NCBI RefSeq assembly: GCF_035556355.1
Contig: NZ_DATMFG010000054.1
Location: forward strand, 175,367-239,366
Length of the DNA stretch: 64,000 bases
Reading direction: 5' to 3'
Origin: Microbacterium sp.
GTDB taxonomy: Bacteria > Actinomycetota > Actinomycetes > Actinomycetales > Microbacteriaceae
Below are positions 53,852 through 64,000 of the stretch, one piece after another (the first letter of the stretch is position 1; each line of letters starts with the position of its first letter). Made by a program: the position numbers and the translations under genes. The notes under the pieces are model-generated. The model saw nothing but the letters and a program-made list of their open reading frames with translations. It was not told the origin of the DNA and ran no database searches.

Positions 53852-56494
53852 CTAGTGACCTGCCTCGTTCCAGTCCGCGCCGCGCCCGATCTGCACGTCG
53901 AGCGGGACCGAGAGCTCGGCTGCATCCGCCATCCGCGACCGCACGATGCGCTCGGCCGCGTCCCACTCCCCCGGCGCGACCTCGACCACGAGCTCGTCGT
54001 GGATCTGCAGCAGCACGCGGGACCGCAGGCCCTCGGCGAGGAACTCGTCGTGGATGCGGAACAGCGCGATCTTCATGATGTCGGCGGCACTGCCCTGGAT
54101 CGGCGCGTTGAGCGCTGCGCGCTCGGCGTTCTCGCGCAGCACGCGGTTCGGGCTCGTGAGGTCGGGGAACGGCCGGCGGCGCCCGAAGATCGTCTCGGTG
54201 TAGCCGTCGATGCGCGCCTGCTCGACCGACGAGCGCAGATAATCGCGCACCGCACCGAACCGAGCGAAGTACTCCATCATGAGCTGTTTCGCCTCGGACT
54301 GGTCGATGCGAAGCTGCTTCGACAGGCCGAACGCCGACAGGCCGTATACGAGCCCGTACGACATCGCCTTGACCTTCGTGCGCATGATCGGCGTGACGTC
54401 TTCCGGAGCGACGCCGAACACGCGCGCACCCACGTAGCGGTGGGTGTCTTCGCCCGAGTTGAACGCCTCGATGAGGCCGGGGTCGCCCGAGAGGTGCGCC
54501 ATGATGCGCATCTCGATCTGCGAGTAGTCGGCGGTCAGCAGCGCCTCGTAGCCCTCGCCGACTTCGAACGCGGCGCGGATGCGCGCGCCCTCCTCGGTGC
54601 GGATCGGGATGTTCTGCAGGTTGGGGTCGGTGCTCGAGAGCCGGCCGGTCTGGCTGCCGGTCTGCAGGTAGGTCGTGCGGATGCGGCCATCCGGGCCGAT
54701 CGCCGTGTCGAGCGACTCGATGATCTGTCGCAGCTTCGTCGCTTCGCGGTGCTGGAGCAGCAGGTCGAGGAAGGGGTGCGGGTTCGTCTCCTGCAGGTCG
54801 GCCAGCACCGCGGCATCCGTCGAGTACCCCGTCTTGGTCTTGCGGGTCTTCGGAAGCTGCAGCTCTTCGAACAGCACCTCCTGCAGCTGCTTCGGCGAGC
54901 CGAGGTTCACCTCGCGCCCGATCGCCGCGTACGCCTGCTGCGCGATCGCGTCGGCGCGTTCGCCGAGCTCGCCCGACAGCGCGGCGAGCTTGTCGTGCGA
55001 GACGGCGACGCCCGCGAGCTCCATGTCGGCGAGGGTCACGAGCGTGGGCAGCTCGATGTCGGTGAGGACGGATGCGACGCGCCCCGGCAGCTCGGTGCGC
55101 AGCGCGTCGGCCACCCGCAGCGTGAACCACGAGACCTGGCCCGGTGTCGCACCCTCGGTCTCGGGCACCAGCTGGGACGGGTCGGCCTCCGGCAGCCGTT
55201 CGCCCAGGTAGCGGTCGACCAGGTCGGAGAGCGTCTTGTCGGGGAAGCTCGGACGGATGAGCCACCCGGCGAGGATCGTATCGAACGCGAGCCCGCGAAC
55301 GTCGACGCCTGCGCGGCGAAGGGCCTTCAGCTGCGGCTTCGCGTCGCTGAACACCTTGGGCGCATCAGACGCGAGCCACGGCGCGATCGCGTCGGCGACC
55401 TCGGGCGTCCACGTCGTCTCGACAGCCGCCTCGAGCGTCGCGAAGCCGACGCGACGCGGCAGTCCGCCTTCGATCGTGACGGTCACGCCGACGTCGCCGT
55501 TCGTGCCCGCGAGCCAACCGGCGAGGTCGGTCGGTGACGGCTCGGCCGCCTTCGGCATCGGCGGCACCTCGGCCGTCGACTGCGTCGTGCCGGCCGCGCC
55601 GTCGAGCCCCGCCGCCTCGAAGACCCGCGGAAGCAGCGTGCGGAACTCGAGCCGCGAGAAGATGTCGCGCACCGCCTGTGCATCGATCGGCTTGACCGCG
55701 AGGTCGGCCGGACCGACCGGCAGCTCGACGTCGCGCAGGAGGCGGTTGAGCGACCGGTTGCGCTTGACGTCTTCGAGGTGCTCACGCAGGTTGTTGCCGA
55801 CGACACCCGTCACCTTGTCGGCGTTCGCGAGCAGCTCGTCGAGCGATCCGTACTGCGTGAGCCACTTCACGGCGGTCTTCTCGCCGACCTTCGGCACGCC
55901 CGGCAGGTTGTCGCTCGTCTCGCCGACAAGGGCCGCGATGTCGGGGTAGTTCTCGGGCGGCAGGCCGTACTTCTCGATGACGGCCTGCGTGTCGTAGCGC
56001 TTGAGCTGCGACACGCCCTGCACGTTCGGGTACAGCAGCGTGATGTCGTCGTCGACGAGCTGGATCGTGTCGCGGTCGCCCGAGCAGACGAGCACGCGGA
56101 ATCCCTGCTGTTCGCCCTGGGTCGCGAGGGTCGCGAGGATGTCGTCGGCCTCGATGTCTTCGAGTTGGAGCACAGGGATGTTCATCGCCGCGAGGCAGTC
56201 CTGCAGAAGCGGGATCTGACCGCGGAACTCCGCAGGGGTCTCGGAGCGGTTCGCCTTGTACTCCGGGTACTCGCGCGTGCGGAACGACTGACGCGACGTG
56301 TCGAACGCCACCGCCATGTGCGTCGGCTTCTCGGCCTTGATCAGGTTGATCAGCATCGCGAGGAAGCCGTAGATGCCGTTCGTGTGCTGGCCGTCCTTCG
56401 TCGAGAAATTCTCGACGGGGAGCGCGTAGAACGCGCGATACGCGAGCGAATGCCCGTCGACGACCAGGAGAGTGGGCTTTTCGGAGTCCGTCAC
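53852..56494 (-). CDS. polA: DNA polymerase I
   Basis: 5'-3' exonuclease VDGHSLAYRAF, EADD, GETSDNLPGV; polymerase TGRLSS, DYSQIEMR, YGLS, QIHDEL. Confidence 0.97.
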   Translation of the reverse strand: MTDSEKPTLLVVDGHSLAYRAFYALPVENFSTKDGQHTNGIYGFLAMLINLIKAEKPTHMAVAFDTSRQSFRTREYPEYKANRSETPAEFRGQIPLLQDCLAAMNIPVLQLEDIEADDILATLATQGEQQGFRVLVCSGDRDTIQLVDDDITLLYPNVQGVSQLKRYDTQAVIEKYGLPPENYPDIAALVGETSDNLPGVPKVGEKTAVKWLTQYGSLDELLANADKVTGVVGNNLREHLEDVKRNRSLNRLLRDVELPVGPADLAVKPIDAQAVRDIFSRLEFRTLLPRVFEAAGLDGAAGTTQSTAEVPPMPKAAEPSPTDLAGWLAGTNGDVGVTVTIEGGLPRRVGFATLEAAVETTWTPEVADAIAPWLASDAPKVFSDAKPQLKALRRAGVDVRGLAFDTILAGWLIRPSFPDKTLSDLVDRYLGERLPEADPSQLVPETEGATPGQVSWFTLRVADALRTELPGRVASVLTDIELPTLVTLADMELAGVAVSHDKLAALSGELGERADAIAQQAYAAIGREVNLGSPKQLQEVLFEELQLPKTRKTKTGYSTDAAVLADLQETNPHPFLDLLLQHREATKLRQIIESLDTAIGPDGRIRTTYLQTGSQTGRLSSTDPNLQNIPIRTEEGARIRAAFEVGEGYEALLTADYSQIEMRIMAHLSGDPGLIEAFNSGEDTHRYVGARVFGVAPEDVTPIMRTKVKAMSYGLVYGLSAFGLSKQLRIDQSEAKQLMMEYFARFGAVRDYLRSSVEQARIDGYTETIFGRRRPFPDLTSPNRVLRENAERAALNAPIQGSAADIMKIALFRIHDEFLAEGLRSRVLLQIHDELVVEVAPGEWDAAERIVRSRMADAAELSVPLDVQIGRGADWNEAGH

Positions 56495-56500
56495 CCTGCA

Positions 56501-56522
56501 AGCCTAGCCAGGGCCGTCGACA
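56501..56522 (-). promoter_or_regulatory. PafBC-type promoter for leaderless polA
   Basis: Minus strand TGTCGA-CGGCCCTGGC-TAGGCT, GTG start 6 nt downstream. Confidence 0.6.
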
Positions 56523-56546
56523 CCGAATCCGCCTGCGCGGGGTGCC

Positions 56547-57161
56547 TCACTTCTTGGGTGCGAGCTGCTCGATGATGGCCTTCGCGACGTCCTGCATCGT
56601 GAGACGGCGGTCCATCGACGCCTTCTGGATCCAGCGGAACGCCTCGGGCTCGGTGAGGCCCATCTTCTCGTTGAGGAGACCCTTCGCGCGGTCGACGAGC
56701 TTGCGGGTCTCGAAGCGCTCGACCATGTCGGCGACCTCGGCCTCGAGCGTGATGATCTGCTCGTGACGGGCCAGCGCGATCTCGATCGCGGGCAGCAGGT
56801 CGTTCGGTGTGAACGGCTTCACGACGTAGGCGAGTGCGCCGGCCTCGCTCGCGCGCTCGACGAGCTCCTTCTGGCTGAACGCGGTCAGCAGCACGACGGG
56901 CGCGATGTGGTTCTTGCTGAGCTTCTCAGCGGCGCTGATGCCGTCGAGCTGCGGCATCTTGACGTCCATGATCACGAGGTCGGGACGCAGCTCGGTCGCG
57001 AGCTGGACGGCCGTCTCGCCGTCGCCGGCCTCACCCACGACATCGAACCCGTTGTCGCGCAGGATCTCGACGATGTCGAGGCGGATGAGCGACTCGTCTT
57101 CGGCTACGACCACTCGACGCGGAGCGGTGGAGGACGCTGCAGGCTGCTCGTTCTCAGTCAC
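56547..57161 (-). CDS. ANTAR-domain response regulator (PdtaR-like)
   Basis: Receiver (VAEDE, DVKMP, KPF) plus ANTAR (RKLVDRAKGLL..EAFRWIQKASMDRR). Confidence 0.92.
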   Translation of the reverse strand: MTENEQPAASSTAPRRVVVAEDESLIRLDIVEILRDNGFDVVGEAGDGETAVQLATELRPDLVIMDVKMPQLDGISAAEKLSKNHIAPVVLLTAFSQKELVERASEAGALAYVVKPFTPNDLLPAIEIALARHEQIITLEAEVADMVERFETRKLVDRAKGLLNEKMGLTEPEAFRWIQKASMDRRLTMQDVAKAIIEQLAPKK

Positions 57162-57200
57162 CTTTGAATCCTAAGGTATGGTCAATCGAAGCGCGCGACG

Positions 57201-57283
57201 GCCGGTGTGGCGGAATGGCAGACGCGACCGACTCAAACTCGGTTGCCCGCAAGGGCGTGTGGGTTCGACTCCCACCACCGGCA
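57201..57283 (+). tRNA. tRNA-Leu(CAA)
   Basis: GCCGGTG/CACCGGC acceptor, ACCGA-CTCAAAC-TCGGT anticodon arm, variable arm GCCC-GCAA-GGGC, GTGGG-TTCGACT-CCCAC T-arm. Confidence 0.95.
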
Positions 57284-57325
57284 CGTGCGAAAGGGACTGC
57301 CCGGAGGGTGGTCCCTTTCGCACGT
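57283..57325 (+). terminator. 15-bp stem hairpin immediately after tRNA-Leu(CAA)
   Basis: ACGTGCGAAAGGGAC...GTCCCTTTCGCACGT. Confidence 0.7.
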
Positions 57326-57406
57326 ATACGGCGGTCGGCTCGGGAAGAGCGCGGTTGTGGGTGGGCCCACGCGGCCGGAGGCTCCGCGCGGCGCGAAGCG
57401 ACGCGT

Positions 57407-57442
57407 GCAAGGGCGTGTGGGTTCGACTCCCACCACCGGCAC
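57407..57442 (+). repeat. Exact 36-bp direct repeat of the tRNA-Leu(CAA) 3' end (att-like)
   Basis: GCAAGGGCGTGTGGGTTCGACTCCCACCACCGGCAC at 57249-57284 and 57407-57442. Confidence 0.9.
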
Positions 57443-57451
57443 CATTCGACG

Positions 57452-57476
57452 CGGATGCCTCGGCTCGAGGCATCCG
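57452..57476. terminator. Hairpin built from a GGATGC/GCATCC pair after the tRNA-end duplicate
   Basis: CGGATGCCTCG-GCT-CGAGGCATCCG. Confidence 0.6.
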
Positions 57477-57487
57477 TCCTCCTCGCG

Positions 57488-57874
57488 CTACGCGCCGAAG
57501 TACTGGTGGCCGAGCGCCTTGCTCTTGAGCGCCTCGAACTCGCCCTGCGTGATCGTTCCCGCATCGAGCAGCGCCTTGGCCTGCGCGATGTCTTCGGCCG
57601 GGCTCGCGGAGGCCGCGGGCCGGTAGTCGTCGGACTCGGGCACGACGCCGCGCGCGGCCGCCGCTCGCTCCGCGAGGCCCCTGCCGCGCGCGATGAGGTA
57701 CACGAGCGCGGTCAGGAACGGCAGGAAGACGAGGAAGATGATCCACACCGCCTTCCACCAGCCGCTCAGCGTCGTGTCGCGGAAGAGGTCGGTGATGATG
57801 AGGATCACCACGTAGACGTAGGCGATGAAGTAGAACGCCCACAGCAGGTACCAGAAGAACTCCCCGAAGACCAT
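57488..57874 (-). CDS. PLDc_N + SHOCT domain membrane protein
   Basis: VILIITDLFRDTTLSGWWKAVWIIFLVFLPFLTALVYLIARG; C-terminal AEDIAQAKALLDAGTITQGEFEALK. Confidence 0.88.
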   Translation of the reverse strand: MVFGEFFWYLLWAFYFIAYVYVVILIITDLFRDTTLSGWWKAVWIIFLVFLPFLTALVYLIARGRGLAERAAAARGVVPESDDYRPAASASPAEDIAQAKALLDAGTITQGEFEALKSKALGHQYFGA

Positions 57875-57899
57875 CGCCCCGGCTCCTCTCGACAGAAGC

Positions 57900-57927
57900 G
57901 GCCGCGCTCACTCTAGCGAGCGCGGCC
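57900..57927 (-). terminator. Hairpin after pyk whose loop holds a TAGAGT -10-like hexamer facing the SHOCT gene
   Basis: GGCCGCGCTC-ACTCTAGC-GAGCGCGGCC. Confidence 0.5.
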
Positions 57928-57954
57928 ACCGCGCGGGAGAGGGCGGTGAATCCC

Positions 57955-59403
57955 CTACTCGCCGGACTTGTAGATCGGGGCCGCGCCGTGGACGGCGTCG
58001 CCGATCTTGTGCACGCGGATGTCGTTCGTCGTGCCGATGATTCCGGGCGGCGATCCCGAGATCACGACGACCTTGTCGCCGACCTTCGCGAGGTCGTTGG
58101 ACAGGAAGTAGTCGTCGACCTGGATGAACATGCGGTCGGTGTGCGGCACGTGCTCGACGAGCGCAGATTGGATGCCCCACGTGAGCGACATGCGGCGGCG
58201 GATCGCCGGCTCGGGCGTGAACGCCATCATGGGAATGCGGGGGCGCAGGCGAGACATGCGGCGGGCGGTGTCGCCCGACTCGGTGAAGATGCAGACGAAC
58301 TTCGCCTCGACGAACTCGGCGACCTCCATCGCGGCGAGCGTGATGGCGCCGCCCTGCGTGCGGGGCTTGGTGTTCAGCGGCAGGATCCGCTCGAGCCCGT
58401 GCTCCTCGGTCGACGCGATGATGCGGCCCATCGTCTCGACCGTCACCACGGGGTACTCCCCCACGCTCGTCTCGCCCGACAGCATCACGGCGTCGGCGCC
58501 GTCGAGGACGGCGTTGGCGACATCGGATGCCTCGGCTCGCGTCGGCACGGGCGAGTGCGTCATCGACTCGAGCATCTGCGTCGCCACGATGACCGGCTTC
58601 GCCATACGGCGGCACAGCTCGACCGCGCGCTTCTGCACGATCGGCACCGCCTCGAGCGGCAACTCGACGGCGAGGTCGCCTCGCGCGACCATGATGCCGT
58701 CGAAGGCGTCGATGATCTCTTCGAGGTTGTCGACCGCCTGCGGCTTCTCGATCTTCGCGATCACCGGGATGCGGCGGCCCTCCTCGGCCATGATGACGTG
58801 CACGCGCTGCACGTCCTTCGCGTCGCGCACGAACGACAGGGCGATGAGATCCGCCCCGATCTGAAGCGCCCAGCGCAGGTCGGCCTCGTCCTTCTCGGAG
58901 AGGGCGGGCACGTTCACCGCGACGCCGGGGAGATTGATGCCCTTGTTGTTCGAGACCGTGCCCCCGACGATGACCTCGGTCGTGACGACCGTGCCGTCGG
59001 TCTCGAGCACCTTGACGCGAACCTTGCCGTCGTCGATCAGCAGGAAGTCGCCCGGCCGCACATCGGCGGGAAGACCCTTGAACGTCGTCGACACGAGCTC
59101 TTTCGTGCCGGGGACGTCCTCGGTCGTGATCTTGAAGATGTCACCCTCGGCGAGCTCGTGCGGGCCGTCGGCGAACTTGCCGAGCCGGATCTTCGGCCCC
59201 TGCAGGTCGACGAGTACCGCGACGGGCCGCTGCGCGTCCTCGGCCGCCTTGCGCACGTTGGCGAAGTTGTTCTCGTGCACGGTGTAGTCGCCGTGACTGA
59301 GGTTCATGCGAGCCACGTCGACTCCGGCGTCGATGATGGCGCGAACCATCTCGTACGTCGAAGTCGCCGGGCCCAGGGTTGCGACGATCTTGGCGCGTCT
59401 CAT
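57955..59403 (-). CDS. pyk: Pyruvate kinase
   Basis: KIVATLGPAT, ARMNLSHG, DLQGPKIR, AKIEKP, MVARGDL, TQMLESM, MLSGETS. Confidence 0.97.
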   Translation of the reverse strand: MRRAKIVATLGPATSTYEMVRAIIDAGVDVARMNLSHGDYTVHENNFANVRKAAEDAQRPVAVLVDLQGPKIRLGKFADGPHELAEGDIFKITTEDVPGTKELVSTTFKGLPADVRPGDFLLIDDGKVRVKVLETDGTVVTTEVIVGGTVSNNKGINLPGVAVNVPALSEKDEADLRWALQIGADLIALSFVRDAKDVQRVHVIMAEEGRRIPVIAKIEKPQAVDNLEEIIDAFDGIMVARGDLAVELPLEAVPIVQKRAVELCRRMAKPVIVATQMLESMTHSPVPTRAEASDVANAVLDGADAVMLSGETSVGEYPVVTVETMGRIIASTEEHGLERILPLNTKPRTQGGAITLAAMEVAEFVEAKFVCIFTESGDTARRMSRLRPRIPMMAFTPEPAIRRRMSLTWGIQSALVEHVPHTDRMFIQVDDYFLSNDLAKVGDKVVVISGSPPGIIGTTNDIRVHKIGDAVHGAAPIYKSGE

Positions 59404-59454
59404 CCGTGTGTTAGCTCCGGGGTTGTATTCAAGGTCTGAACAGACGCAGCAAGC

Positions 59455-60913
59455 CTACGCGGGCTGCAGTCCGATGGCGACATCGCGCGGGCGCACCGGC
59501 GCCGGAAGCGCGGTCTCGCCCATGAGGTACTCGTCGACGCGCGCGGCGGCCGCGCGCCCCTCCGCGATCGCCCACACGATGAGCGACTGGCCGCGGCCGG
59601 CGTCGCCCGCGACGAAGACGCCCGGGGTCGAGGTCTGGTAGACGTCGTCGCGCTCGACGTTGCCGCGGTCGGTGAACGACAGGCCGAGCTGGTCCTCGAG
59701 CGCGTCGCGCTCGGGACCGGTGAATCCCATCGCGATGAGCACGAGGTCGGCTGGGATCTCGCGCTCGGTGCCGGCCTTGGGCACCCGGCGGCCGTCGACG
59801 AAATCCGTCTCGGCGACGCGCAGCGCCCGGACCTCGCCTGCGTCGTTCGCGAGGAACTCGACCGTCGACGCGAGGTACTCGCGCTGGCCGCCCTCCTCGT
59901 GCGCGGACTGGACCTCGAAGATCGTCGGCGTCATCGGCCACGGCTGGTGCTCGGGGCGCTCCCCCGGAGGACGACGCCCGATCGCCAGGTTCGTGACGCT
60001 CAGCGCACCCTGGCGATGGGCGGTGCCGATGCAGTCGGCGCCGGTGTCACCGCCGCCGATGACGACGACGTGCTTGCCCTCGGCGGTGATCTGGTTCGGG
60101 ACGGAGTCGCCGGCGACGGCGCGGTTCGACTCGACGAGGTACTCCATCGCGAAGTGCACGCCCGCGTAGTCGCGGCCCGGGATCGGCAGGTCGCGCGGCA
60201 CCGTGGCGCCGGTCGCGATCACGACGGCGTCGTACCGTGCGCGGAGGTCGCTCCACGAGATGTCCTTGCCGATCTCGACACCGGCGCGGAACCGCGTGCC
60301 CTCGTCGCGCATCTGGCGCAGGCGCGCCTCGATGTGGCGCTTCTCCATCTTGAAGTCCGGGATGCCGTATCGCAGGAGCCCGCCGATGCGGTCGTCGCGC
60401 TCGAACACGGCGACCGTGTGACCGGCGCGTGTGAGCTGCTGCGCGGCCGCGAGCCCCGCAGGGCCGGAGCCGACCACGGCGACCGTCTTGCCGGTCAGCC
60501 TCCCGGGCGGCTCGGGCTCGATCCATCCGCTCGCGAACGCCTCGTCGGCGATCGACACCTCGACCTGCTTGATCGTGACGGCGGGCTGATTGATGCCCAG
60601 CACGCACGCGCTCTCGCACGGCGCGGGGCACAAGCGGCCCGTGAACTCGGGGAAGTTGTTCGTCGCGTGCAGTCGCTCGCTCGCCGCGCGGCCCTCCCCT
60701 CGCCATGTGAGGTCGTTCCACTCCGGGATCAGGTTCCCGAGCGGGCAGCCCTTGTGGCAGAACGGGATGCCGCAGTCCATGCAGCGGCCCGCCTGGCGGC
60801 GCAGCACCGCCGAGTCGCCCGGCTCGTAGACCTCTTTCCAGTCGAGGATGCGCACCGGAACCGGCCGCCGCGGGGGCAGCTCGCGTTCGGTGACCTTGAG
60901 AAAGCCCTTGGGG

Positions 60914-60921
<8 letters not shown>
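59455..60921 (-). CDS. gltD: Glutamate synthase small subunit
   Basis: [55 protein letters not shown]. Confidence 0.97.

Positions 60922-64000
<3,079 letters not shown>

Noticed and set aside
56547-57161. Orphan ANTAR regulator as a novelty, and a local ANTAR target RNA
   Set aside because: PdtaR-like genes are normally unlinked to their kinase and sit in this pyk-tRNA-polA neighbourhood; I saw no convincing dual-hexaloop target nearby
57249-57442. 36-bp direct repeat with a spacer, as a possible CRISPR array
   Set aside because: Only two copies, identical to the tRNA 3' end, 122-bp spacer, no cas genes

Overview
High-GC actinobacterial chromosome segment; gene content and synteny point to Microbacteriaceae, probably Microbacterium (inference). 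Left to right: a CGNR/EamA pair; a branched-chain amino acid/leucine catabolic supercluster (Lrp, BCKDH E1a/E1b/E2, TetR with two palindromic operators, methylcrotonyl-CoA carboxylase-type subunits, acyl-CoA dehydrogenase, MaoC, CitE); sirtuin-TrmH-SGNH; an SF2 helicase, a ferritin-like/VIT1 fusion and tRNA-Leu(GAG); the conserved uppP-PAC2-trmI-FKBP-pafBC-tatAC-helY-lnt-rbpA block, here without the Pup-proteasome genes; an accessory stretch at about 38-52 kb (molybdo-oxidoreductase/FAD reductase/DUF6510 triad, AraC-VOC-UvrA-like-kinase module, psuG-pfkB and others) centred on a 28-bp dif-like site at 44441-44468, across which the majority gene orientation flips; then polA, an ANTAR regulator, tRNA-Leu(CAA) with a duplicated 3' end, pyk, gltD and the 3' part of gltB. 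Non-gene signals: PafBC-type promoters (TGTCGG-N10-TA) before the UvrA-like gene, a DHFR-like gene and polA; a SigH/SigR-type promoter; REP-like elements, one fused in frame into a CDS; and an apparent excess of GGATGC/GCATCC. No CRISPR array, transposase, integrase or prophage was seen. All calls are from motif reading and recalled family knowledge; no database searches were run.
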